DNA of 43,757 bases from assembly GCF_001194135.2 (NCBI RefSeq), contig NC_068999.1:20064176-20107932 (forward strand). The letters are read 5' to 3'. Under the pieces are notes generated by a model. It did no database searches, was not told the DNA's origin, and saw only the letters and a list, made by a program, of their open reading frames with translations. Source of the stretch: Octopus bimaculoides. Lineage: Eukaryota. Shown piece by piece: positions 11,670 through 22,810 of the stretch (within the stretch, counting starts at the first letter, position 1; the number at the start of each line of letters is the position of its first letter). Position numbers and translations under genes: made by a program.

Positions 11670-11878
11670 TGTTGTAATCCAAAGTTGGACCGTTGTAACG
11701 TCCACTCCTGTATAGCAGTATAGTTAGTCAGTCAAGTAAGACACAACTAACCATGACCGACTTCGCCGACGTCTCAACCACTTGACTTCCTTCGTTACAG
11801 TATTTCTAGCGAACTCATACAACTCGTCACGTGACGTGAGAGGGTTGTACCATTATTATTATTAATAACCCCGTAACA
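11670..11878 (-). mobile_element. Gypsy 3' LTR (209 bp, TG...CA)
   Basis: tgttgta...cgtaaca termini; purine tract caaagggaga (minus strand, 11879-11888) immediately upstream as PPT; integrase lies upstream on the same strand. Confidence 0.8.
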
Positions 11879-12004
11879 TCTCCCTTTGAAGCTTTTTTTT
11901 TTTCGTCAGGGAGTGTAATTTTATTTTTTTATTAACAATATTTTTTACATCACCCTACCTCCCTTTTTAAGTTTTATTTTCATATCCTTAAAAATTTAAT
12001 ATTT

Positions 12005-12820
12005 TTTTCGTTTCGCGTCAACTTCCAGGAACTCCATACATTTTCTTTTTCTTTCACTTGTGTGTCTGGGTTTAATTATCTATAGTGGCGATGGTACTTG
12101 AAAATTATCATATAACCGTTCCATCGGTTGTTCCATTCTCTTGGGTTCGCTCTCAACGAATCCCTTTTTTTTGTTGATTTCTGTGTCTCTTGTATGCCCA
12201 ATTTTCACTTTTACCTAGTATATTATTTTCCCAATCCGTATGGTAATCACGCCGCCGTCTTTTCAACTTTTTCGTTCTTATATGCACTAGCAAACACATT
12301 TTCAACAATTTTGAAATACCTTGCTGCATTATCCCTTAAAACTTTTCGTTTCTTACGTGGTACAAATTTGTCGAGGACTGATTTTATTTTCCTTGCTAAT
12401 ATCTGCTCCTCTGGTGATATAATTGCTGGTGCGTTTGTATTTGGTATCACCCAATATATTCTTAAACATTGTTGTAGACCTACATCATCCGAGACTCATT
12501 TATTCGACTTTCTCTCTTGAACGTATCGACAAAGCGTTCTGCTTGTTCATTAGATATAGCATGGTATGGTGCAATAGTTACTTGTTCTACAACGCAAGTT
12601 TTACAAAACTTTTAAAGCTCAAATGACACAAATTGCGTTCCATTATCAAACACTGTTAAGTCTGGGACGCCAGATGTCGCAAGCAGCTCATGTAGAAAGT
12701 GTATTATGTTTGAGGAGGTTGAATGTTTACACTTATAAATCTCTAGCCATTTAGAGAAACTATCTACTATCACTAAGTAGTATCAACTGTTTAAGAGACC
12801 AGTGAAATCAATGTGTACCA
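12005..12820 (-). pseudogene. Gypsy (Mag-like) integrase remnant
   Basis: HIDFTG...YYLVIVDSFSKWLEI, GVPDLTVFDNGTQF, NEQAERFVDTFKR, IPNTNAPAIISPEEQILARKIKSVLDK. Confidence 0.9.
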
Positions 12821-12924
12821 GGCTTACATAGAATAAGTCCTGAGGTCGATTCTTTCGACTAAAGGCGGTGATCCAGTATGGCTGCAGTCAAATGACTGAA
12901 ACAAATAAAAGATTAAAAGAGTAA
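12820..12924 (+). mobile_element. SINE type A 3' fragment
   Basis: ggcttacatagaataagtcctgaggtcgat..cgactaaaggcggtg..cagtcaaatgactgaaacaaataaaaga matches 855-960. Confidence 0.9.
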
Positions 12925-12929
12925 GGAAT

Positions 12930-13060
12930 TCAAGGATGAGGTAGCTCTGCAACAATTCTTGAGAGTATACCGTGTGACACCAAATCGAAATACACCCAAG
13001 TATGTCACGAAGGGAGCTGATATTTGCGAGGAAAATAAAATCAGTCATCGATAAATTGTT
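12930..13060 (+). pseudogene. Second Gypsy integrase fragment in inverted orientation
   Basis: DEVALQQFLRVYRVTPNRNTP...FARKIKSVIDKL; alignable by eye to the reverse complement of 12362-12490. Confidence 0.85.
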
Positions 13061-13170
13061 CATGATCAAAGATGCACATATCGTTAGTTACTAAGGGACA
13101 TACTCAATGATTAAAGTCAAGGAACTTACAAGCAAATCTGTGGTATAAAGGAGAGTATTTTCTGTAAGGA
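13061..13170 (-). repeat. Fragment of interspersed repeat X (see 36603-37110)
   Basis: gatgcacatatc and agcaaatct(g/c)tggtat are shared with 36964-37040. Confidence 0.75.
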
Positions 13171-14559
13171 TATTTCTGCTGTAGTAACTTAGCGCTGAAT
13201 GTAATGAAAAATAGGTCAGTTTCGAAACATTGATGTCTAGGTCAACAAATCAGAGTTTGAAGCGAACAGTTGTCATTTCCTTTGATTTCTAGATAGAAGC
13301 AAATAAGAAATAACACTCACTGATAAAATTACAAAAAGAAATAAAAATTTTGGTACACTTATCCTTTCTCTGCATAGTCAGGAGATAATTCATTCCTTAA
13401 TTATCAAAGACGCTATAGAAATCCTGGATAGGGCTTTGGAATATTGCATCTGCTGCCGGTGTAAAAATAACCCTCAAAATCTGGCAGATAAATGGCACCT
13501 ATCACTCATCGTCGATATTTTTGAAATCTCAATAATATTGACCATATTGTTGATTAAAAGTATAAAACCCTTATTAATGTTGAAAACAATTATCAAATTT
13601 AATTACGTACTCTGTAAAAGTGGCTACTGTAGCCCTACATAACAATAATTACATTAACGTAATATATATATAATCTTTGCGGCAGATAAACATTTCTACG
13701 TTCAACCATAAAAAAAAGACTTTTTGTTTCTTTACTGATAATAATTCATAGATAAATTTGAATGACAATCACACTGAAAAACCAATTAATAACGAAGAAA
13801 TGTACTTTAGCACATTGTTTGGACATCAAATGCTTGCATACATATGAACGTATATGTACATCTATATGTACATGTATATTACATACAGATAGACATGGGA
13901 GGTGTGTGTGTGTGTGTGTATGTGTGTGTGTATGTGTGTGTGAGAGGGAGAAACAGAGAGAGTTAGTTCGTCTGTAAGTAAGTTCATGTCTGAGTACGTG
14001 TTTCTTTGTGATTGAAGAATTTTTCATTAAAGAATTGAAATTGTTCTCTAACAAAGTGGCAAAGATCTTGTATATACGTCAAGACAACTATTGGAGCATG
14101 CGATTATCTTACTTGACTGATGTATGCATATGTTTGTGTGTATATGCCTGTGTATGCGGATAATTTTGCACTCTTATCGATACTGTCCTTCGTTTCAGTT
14201 TTGCTGTGAAATTCCCATTCTCCGGACAGCTGATCTCTACAGTTTTGTTATGACTTTTGTTTCATGTTCCCTAGAATAATTGGTCTGCTTTACTTATATA
14301 GGATTACGCTTGTTGTTCTAATTCTCCACCAGTATTTTTATTGTCAAGGTGTGAATACTTTCTGGTTATCCTCTATTTTTGCTGTGGCCCTCGGGCCAAA
14401 TCTTTCTGCGTATAGCACTGTACACTTTTTAACAACAATGTCATGTTTCCTGTGTAAATAATATATTCCAGTGGACATTTGGCGCAATCAATATTTTCTT
14501 TTGTAATGTGAATGACTAAAAGTATTCTTATAGCACATGTTGATCAAATATTTATTAGA

Positions 14560-14670
14560 TATTGATTCCAAATTTTGGCACAAGGCCAGCAAGTTGGTAG
14601 GAGGTGGACAAGTTGCTTACATCGATCCCAGTGCCCAGATGGTGCTTATTTTATTGACCTCAACGGACAG
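14560..14670 (-). mobile_element. SINE type B-related 3' fragment
   Basis: Reverse complement ggtcaataaaataagcacc..gcactgggatcgatgtaa matches the ggtcgataaattaagtacc..gcactggggtcgatgtaa core at 20693-20740. Confidence 0.7.
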
Positions 14671-15529
14671 AGTCACTAAATAATCATTGTTCTATCATAG
14701 GAGAAGCGTAAACGTTGGGATTAGACATGACATATTTATCACAGTGCCTGGAGATTCAAGCATTTTTGCCAATGTTCTTGGTATCCTTTAGGTTGTAGGA
14801 TATGCACTCATGCATATCTTTCCCTTCCAAGTTTCGGTTTATGTAGCTCCGTTCACCCATTTATGGAACCGCAGTGGACAAAGACTACTTTTTCAGGAGT
14901 TCTTCAACGAACCTCATATTGTTGTTAACTTCACTGTTCAGAATGTGTTCAAATGATATAAGGCGGATTTCAAAAGACGTCGTGACTGTTATATAATTCC
15001 ACAACCTTCGATTTACTTACAGTTGACTAGCAGCATTGTTGAATTGGAACTTAATATTTGTTAGTTTCTTGATCTGCTTTCCGTATTTGTTAACGTGTCA
15101 CATGTTAGATCTCAAACTTTGGAATCACCGCTGGAATTACAACAGCATTATGAAGGAATGATTTCTGAGTCACACTTTCCGAAGTCGACGAAGTACTCTT
15201 TTGTCACACATGCACTATTATCGACGATTCCAAGCTTTCTGAAACATTCAGCCCATATAATAGGTGAGAGGAGACAGATGATCTATTCGTATCCTTATTT
15301 ATTGTCTGTTTGACAATATTTCCTTCTTAGACTACTAAATATACACATCTTTCATGACTATAATCCATGTAAGATTGTCGTGATGAGTTTAAAATCTCTC
15401 CTATTCTTGCCAAGTCCGTTTAAACAGAATATACGAGTGACGTTAATATTTCTTTTATCGGCATATCATATCATATATTATCATATATTACATATGTTTT
15501 CCTATATCACTCGCGCAACCACATGGAAC

Positions 15530-17360
15530 TGAGTGCGTGTCTTCCTCTACCTGTATCAGTAGGTAGGCCTCCGAGAGGTCTAGCTTCGAGACAAGTTTTC
15601 TTACATCTAGTTTTGAGAACGCTTCTTCTGAGCTTCGCAATGGATAATTTTGTTCGACTAAACAGTTATTCAATCCAGTTGAAAGGTCTGCATACACTCT
15701 TAGTTTATTTATTATTATTTTCTTTACATAAATCGATGGAGCTACCCAGTCTGAATGGTCGACCTGTATATATCTAAACTTACTAGTCTTTCTTGCTTTT
15801 TATTGACGTGGTTTAATGCCACCGACGGCACATTCCGTTTGAGCCTAAAAATAGGTGTTGCCTTTTCTTTTACGGCGATCTTCGCTTTTCTTTTAGTGCA
15901 ACAGCCTAGTCCTTCCAAAAAGAAAATTTGGAAACAATCTTTTAATTTTTTGCCTTACTTGGTCGACTTCATTCGAACTTTTAACCGTGCAGACTACATT
16001 CTCACAGAGAACACTAATGAGAGTATCCAACATTTTAAATAACTCCATGCATTCTGTGCCTAATAGACTTAGTAATTTGTTCGTTTTCGTTTCACCTCGA
16101 AACGTTAAATTGTAAATGGATTCACTGATGAAATGTAATTGATTTCCTGTAACACAATATGCTACTTTATTTGATTTAAATAATTTCGGCTTACCGATTT
16201 ATTACCATACTTCTTGATTTATGATAATGATGTCAATACCGGTGTCTAATTTCATTTTGACACAAGTGGCTTCGATTCTCACCATGATTAATTTTCTGTT
16301 CGTTATACAAGTTTTTCTCTGATGACAAACAATTTATTTTATATCGCTTAGTCCAATTTTTCGTCATCTTAGTTTTGCAGTGAGACTTAATGTGTCCTGT
16401 GATCCCACAACGAGAACACTTTGCTTTTTTGAACGGACTCTCTTTTCTCAAGTGCCTACAACCGCATACCATACTTGGGTTTATCTCCTGTTGTATATCA
16501 TGTTTTTTTTTTTTTTTGTGAAACGCTTTCTCCGTCTTCCAACTCTTCCACACTGCTTTTATTTGTAAACAATCTCTTCCTTGAATTTCTTCTGTGTTGT
16601 GTCTTACTTTTAATATCATATCAGACTCTTCTGATAGTTTCTGGAGAGTTATATCCTGGTTCATTTCCAGCTCGACGAGAATTTTCGGTCTGACTTCTGC
16701 GTCCTTTTTAGCAGTAAGTCCTTGAACAAAATTCAGGCACTTGAATGAGTCTGGAGGTTATCCAGTTTAAATCTCTCGCACTCTCTGTTCACGCTACCCG
16801 CATATGTGATAAAGTCTTCGTCATCGCTTTTCGCCGTTTTCAAACACTTTCAATGTGTGTTGAATAACGATGATTTTTCACTGAACATGTTGCAATCTGT
16901 CAACTGTGTCCGTGAAATTTATGTCAGAAACTTGTTAAGGCAACATAAAGTTACAGTATTTATCATGCTCTATCGTTGTCAGCTTCCTCAGAATTAGAAG
17001 CGTTTTCATTTCATCCGTCCAGTCTTGACATTCTTCGAAAATTTGTTCAAATCTTCGATAAAATGCCTCAAAAATGCCTCCTTCTTCCGGGTCATATTTA
17101 AATTCATTTATTGAATTTGCTTCATGGTCTGATGAAAACGTATTTTCAGGTTTTGTTACCAACTTCATTAGTTGTAGTAACTGTTTCTGTACATTTTGTG
17201 TTGTTCTGGCTGTTTTTTGAGTTATTGTTGCTTTTGTTGATGTAGTTTTGCAACTCAACTACAACCACTAGCAAGTTTTTCATAATTTTACGGATTTTTG
17301 TAAAATATGTACAACAAAAATGTTTGTTAAACTTCTGTGGAGTTTTTAATTTCTGCACGT
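15530..17360 (-). pseudogene. Gypsy (Mag-like) gag - zinc knuckle - protease - 5' RT remnant
   Basis: FEAFYRRFEQIF..WTDEMKT.LILRKL, FKCLNFVQGL..KDAEVR..LTLQKL, CSRCGITGHIKSHC (CCHC), MKLDTG (aspartic protease), PIFRLKRNVP, DWVAPSIYVKK, YADLSTGLN..SKLDLSEAYL; truncated before YxDD. Confidence 0.92.
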
Positions 17361-17448
17361 GAAAAATCTGTCAATATCTTCCGTGTGAATTACTTATTTT
17401 CTCGTGAAAATACTTTTTTTTTCAACGTTGTCCGCTTCAATTGTTTAT

Positions 17449-17461
17449 ATCCTCGTCGGCA
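17449..17461 (-). promoter_or_regulatory. Primer-binding site complementary to the tRNA-Ser(GCU) 3' end
   Basis: Minus strand TGCCGACGAGGAT, one mismatch to TGGCGACGAGGAT, the complement of ...AUCCUCGUCGCCA. Confidence 0.75.
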
Positions 17462-17531
17462 CTGTTATATTTAGATTCTCGTCCACTTATATGTTATTGT
17501 CGGCACTGTAATATTTTTATCGCCACACTTG

Positions 17532-17780
17532 TGTTGTGCTGGTATTCCACATCTTATTATCTTCGACTCGTTTATCGTGCTGTCGCTGATAGCTCCGCAA
17601 GACAAATACTTTAAAACGTCCACCTTGATGGTAACTCGAACTCGTATATAACACGTAACTGACACTCACTCCAGCTGAGAACTTGTAAAATGACTCAACT
17701 ACTACTGACTTCATCCAATGACTGATTATCTGACTTTAACTGTGTCATGTGGGAAGGGGAGTACCATTTTCACTGCAACA
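17532..17780 (-). mobile_element. Putative Gypsy 5' LTR (about 249 bp, TG...CA)
   Basis: tgttgtg...tgcaaca termini, directly upstream of PBS-like motifs and gag; shares only short motifs (aacgtccac, gtca.gtg, gtaccatt) with the 3' LTR. Confidence 0.55.
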
Positions 17781-17854
17781 ATACACGCACACACACACAT
17801 ACAAACACACATATATATATAGTTATTTATTTATATTTGTGTCCGTGGTTTTCA

Positions 17855-18030
17855 CTTCATCTTCGCTTTACAATCGATATTGGTGTGTTTACGTCACCAT
17901 TACTTAGCGATTTGACAAAAATAAACCGATAGAACTAGGCTTACAAGAATAAGTCCTCGGTTCGATTTCTACGATTTAAGTCCCTCCCAGTTGTCCTCAG
18001 TCAAATGACAAACAAATAAAAGAACAAATG
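17855..18030 (+). mobile_element. SINE type A 3' half (diverged)
   Basis: tggtgtgtttacgtc..acttagcg..accgatagaactaggcttacaagaataagtcc..cagtcaaatgac matches 795-950. Confidence 0.8.
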
Positions 18031-18187
18031 TATATGTATGCATATATGTATGTTATTGTTCAGTTTTATTTCAAGATTATTTACAAATAGAAAAAGAGAC
18101 GGTTTCTAAACTGGACTGAATGTTCCTTCATTGGAACTGCAACAACAACAACAACAACAACAGGGTATCTTTGTATGTATGTATATT

Positions 18188-18827
18188 CTCTTTTACTCTT
18201 TTACTTGTTTCAGTCATTTGACTGCGGCCATGCTGGAGCACCGCCTTTAGTCGAATCAAATCGACCCCAGGACTTATTCTTTGTAAGCCTAGTACTTATT
18301 CTATCGGTCTCTTTTTGCCGAACCGCTAATTTACTGGGACCTAAATACACCAGCATCGGTTGTCAAGCGATGTTGGGGGACAAACACGGATACACAACAC
18401 ACACACACACACANNNNNNNNNNNNNNNNNNNNNNNNNNNNNNNNNNNNNNNNNNNNNNNNNNNNNNNNNNNNNNNNNNNNNNNNNNNNNNNNNNNNNNN
18501 NNNNNNNNNNNNNNNNNNNNNNNNNNNNNNNNNNNNNNNNNNNNNNNNNNNNNNNNNNNNNNNNNNNNNNNNNNNNNNNNNNNNNNNNNNNNNNNNNNNN
18601 NNNNNNNNNNNNNNNNNNNNNNNNNNNNNNNNNNNNNNNNNNNNNNNNNNATACATATATACGACAGGCTTCTTTCAGTTTCCGTCTACCAAATCCACTC
18701 ACAAGGCTTTGGTCGGCCCGAGGCTATAGTAGAAGACACCTGCCCAAGGTGGCACGCAGTGGGACTGAACCCGAAACCATGTGGTTGGTAAGCAAGCTAC
18801 TTACCACATAGCCACTCCTGCGCCTAT
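18188..18827 (-). mobile_element. SINE type A, full length, gap in the internal microsatellite
   Basis: Reverse complement of the 555-966 element, including the 5' head taggcgcaggagtggct. Confidence 0.95.
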
Positions 18828-18899
18828 GTGCAGATTTGTATGTATTATTTTATGTATATATTCTCATGCGTATAGTTGCATATCAAAACCTGATCATAT

Positions 18900-19915
18900 A
18901 TATTTAAATAATAAACTTCTGAAATTTTTTACAGATTTATAGTTCCAGTGATGTAGTGGATTTCTAGTCTTCGAATTAGCATTCTCCTATCTGATTTTGA
19001 GAAGCCTAATTTCTTCAGATTGTTATTTAGGGAGTGTGTTACATATCACACGGCCCCAATATTACAGGTATAGAGCAACTGCAAATTTCTCAACAGTTCA
19101 GCGTAGATATTCTCTTTTTCACTTTTCTTCGGGTTTATGTTAACATCAGCTGGGCAGCAATTTTACACAACAGAGTTTCTCTTCTCTATCCCAAATCATT
19201 ATATCAGGTCTGTTGTGCTTACGTTTTATTGAGGTCTTCACTGGGACATTCCAACAGTACTTCTTTTTATCATGAGTGGCTATGGCTTCTGCCATATCCT
19301 GGCTTTCGAGGCTATCATTCCGACTGATTTCATTATAGAGTGTGTAAGCTACAACATCATGCCTCATTAGTAGATAATACCGTGATGACATTTTCGCACA
19401 ACTATGTATGATGTGGGTGATATCTTCGGTGTTGACTCTACAAAATTTGCATCGGTTGTCACATTTTACTGCTTTTCCTGTATCTCTATCGCTTTTATGT
19501 ATCAAGTATCTCATTGATGTTCTCTGTTCCTGAATTGCAAACGCTTACACTTCAAAGTGGGAGGTGGTAATCCGGCTATTGGTCAATGATCGACTGCTTT
19601 GATTATCAATGTTACCATCATCTTGGAGCTTTCTACTAACATATCCATGCATAGTATTCTGCTCATATAGCTTATCCTTTCATTTGATGATACGTTGCGG
19701 TAGAGTCGTGCGACTTCTTTGGGCATATATACTAGTCTATAAGAAAGGAATGTTGCTCACGGTGCTATCTTCCATGTCTTATGATGTTGTCAGCCTCATG
19801 TATGCAAGCTTGGTCAAGAGGTGAACTTCGATACTTGGTGGTTTAAAAAATGTTGCCAATGGGATATGATACGACATTGAAAGGCATTTTGGATCGATGT
19901 TTTGTACTAAATATC
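18900..19915 (-). mobile_element. RLE-type LINE 3' fragment, family 3
   Basis: AFAIQEQ, CKFCRVNTEDITHIIHSC (CCHC), RHDVVA, KHNRPDIMIWDREEK (PD endonuclease motif). Confidence 0.85.
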
Positions 19916-20590
19916 AATATATACAGTGTACATTTAAACACATAAGAGAGATGTCCATAATAGGACATCTAACCCGCTAGAAGGAGCAGTCAAACTCCAA
20001 ACCACAATTAGGGATAATTTCGAAATTATTTATTTATGTATTAATCTTTTCTTTCCTGCTGATGATAGCTGGCCTTCCAAATTATTTTATTTTGCTAAAA
20101 ATAGCTTCAAACCTTGGTTCAGTAAATAGATGGTAAATGTTTTTATTTTTCATTCCCTTTCGAAATTATCCCTAATTGTGGTTNNNNNNNNNNNNNNNNN
20201 NNNNNNNNNNNNNNNNNNNNNNNNNNNNNNNNNNNNNNNNNNNNNNNNNNNNNNNNNNNNNNNNNNNNNNNNNNNNNNNNNNNNNNNNNNNNNNNNNNNN
20301 NNNNNNNNNNNNNNNNNNNNNNNNNNNNNNNNNNNNNNNNNNNNNNNNNNNNNNNNNNNNNNNNNNNNNNNNNNNNNNNNNNNNNNNNNNNNNNNNNNNN
20401 NNNNNNNNNNNNNNNNNNNNNNNNNNNNNNNNNNNNNNNNNNNNNNNNNNNNNNNNNNNNNNNNNNNNNNNNNNNNNNNNNNNNNNNNNNNNNNNNNNNN
20501 NNNNNNNNNNNNNNNNNNNNNNNNNNNNNNNNNNNNNNNNNNNNNNNNNNNNNNNNNNNNNNNNNNNNNNNNNNNNNNNNNNNNNNNNNN

Positions 20591-20810
20591 AGAACCGTTA
20601 GCACGCCGGGCGAAATGCTTAGCGGTATTTCGTCTGCCGTTATGTTCTGAGTTCAAATTCCGCCGAGGTTGACTTTGCCTTTCATCATTTCGGGGTCGAT
20701 AAATTAAGTACCAGTTACGCACTGGGGTCGATGTAATCGACTTAATCCCTTTATCTGTCCTTGTTCGTCCCCTCTATGTTTAGCCCCTTGTGGGCAATAA
20801 AGAAATAAAC
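20591..20810 (+). mobile_element. SINE type B (tRNA-like head truncated by gap)
   Basis: B-box-like gagttcaaattcc, core ttcggggtcgataaattaagtacc, aataaagaaataa tail; related copies at 14560, 37121 and 40930. Confidence 0.85.
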
Positions 20811-20898
20811 ATAATCCACGATGTACTGGGTGCGTGATAAGTGAACCGCGAAATTGGCGAGGGATTAGTGTGTGTATATGTATATTTGCATATATATT

Positions 20899-20942
<44 letters not shown>

Positions 20943-20956
20943 CTATACATTTATAT

Positions 20957-21588
20957 AAACGTGTTTTGGAGAGTTCAAAAACTAGATCCTAGATTATCCA
21001 CTTCTGGGTTGTACATTTATCTAATTTTCTTCCTACAGGTAAGATGAAAGTTTTTATGTTTGCTGCACGAGAACCTGTTTGCCATTATATTTACAGTGAT
21101 TATTTGCTATAGCCCCGTATATTATCGAGTGCTGTTTCCTGTAAATATTGGTGCAGTGTTGTACTACCATTCTATACTTACTCGTTAAACGTATGGTGCT
21201 TTGTTCTACTACATAGCAATACTATTTCATTGCACTATTTAATCATTTTTTCGCTGTTCTCAGTTCTGTTAACGTCTAGACGTTCAGGCGAGTATTCCGG
21301 CAGGGATACAGCGACATACAATTTTTTTTCTCAGTAAATACTAGATAAGGAGAATAAATCAAATTTACGTTAACAAACATATTTTGGAGAGTTCGAAACC
21401 CAGGTATTAGATTATTCAATTCTGGGTTGTATATTTATCTAATGTTCTTACTACAGGTAAGATGAAATCTTTTTATGTTCGCCCGCCGCAAACTTCTTTG
21501 CCAGCACATGAAGTCTTACTATAGCGTCGTATATTAACGAGTGGTATTTCCAGTAAATATTGGTGCATTGTTGTTCCACCATTCTATA
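20957..21588 (+). repeat. Diverged tandem duplication (about 220 bp units at 20957-21176 and 21375-21588, offset 418 bp)
   Basis: Shared ttttggagagttc, tctgggttgta.atttatctaat, ctacaggtaagatgaaa, gtaaatattggtgca and accattctata. Confidence 0.92.
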
Positions 21589-21849
21589 TTTTTGTGCGTG
21601 TGTGTGAATATATATATTCCCCATGAAAGTATGGAAGCCAAAATAACTGAATTTGATGGTTTATACTTACATTGATAAATTTAGCGGGAGAGGATAGAAT
21701 ATTCGGATGATAAGTTATTATGGCTTTTGAAGAACTAAACATACAGGCTACAAAATGAAGTTAAGTAAACACTTTTGTAAGCAGAGAAAGTTTCAAACTG
21801 AGTTTATGAACTCATCGCTGACAGCTAAATCGTATCAGGTAAATTGTAT

Positions 21850-22532
21850 TGATTTCACATTCACAAATGTACACGAATACACATGCGCATATATGTGAAA
21901 GTGCGTATTTATACGTGGATACATGCACACAAGAGCACAAACGTACATACAACTTTTTTCTGTCTCTGTCCATTTCCTGGAATTTTTCTCTTTCGTTATA
22001 TTTTGTGCGCATTGATAGATATATTCCTGGCTATTGACATCTGTGTATGGGCGTATATTCGTATATATATATACATATATATAAATATATACATACATAT
22101 ATATATACATACATATATATACACACACACACAAACATATACAATAGGTTNNNNNNNNNNNNNNNNNNNNNNNNNNNNNNNNNNNNNNNNNNNNNNNNNN
22201 NNNNNNNNNNNNNNNNNNNNNNNNNNNNNNNNNNNNNNNNNNNNNNNNNNNNNNNNNNNNNNNNNNNNNNNNNNNNNNNNNNNNNNNNNNNNNNNNNNNN
22301 NNNNNNNNNNNNNNNNNNNNNNNNNNNNNNNNNNNNNNNNNNNNNNNNNNNNNNNNNNNNNNNNNNNNNNNNNNNNNNNNNNNNNNNNNNNNNNNNNNNN
22401 NNNNNNNNNNNNNNNNNNNNNNNNNNNNNNNNNNNNNNNNNNNNNNNNNNNNNNNNNNNNNNNNNNNNNNNNNNNNNNNNNNNNNNNNNNNNNNNNNNNN
22501 NNNNNNNNNNNNNNNNNNNNNNNNNNNNNNNN

Positions 22533-22563
<31 letters not shown>

Positions 22564-22810
22564 CACACATATACACACATATATAATATATATATATTCA
22601 GGTATATATTGTAATTCTATACAGTACGATTATATACCTCATAAAAATACCTTGTTAGAAGGCGTGAATGTATCTACTTGTATACGTAGGTATGTACATC
22701 TAAATTTGTGTGCGTGTGTGTGTGTGTGTCTAGGAGAAAGGGAGAGAGTGGGGGAGAGAAGGAGAGAGAAAGAAAGATAGGTAGACAGATATGTATGTAT
22801 GTATATTTAT
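21850..22810 (+). repeat. (TA)/(CA)/(GA) microsatellite field around a gap
   Basis: Directly visible; a similar field lies at 27660-28140. Confidence 0.9.

Noticed and set aside
17449-17531. CRISPR-like repeat-spacer array
   Set aside because: Units are short, degenerate and PBS-derived; eukaryotic context, no cas genes
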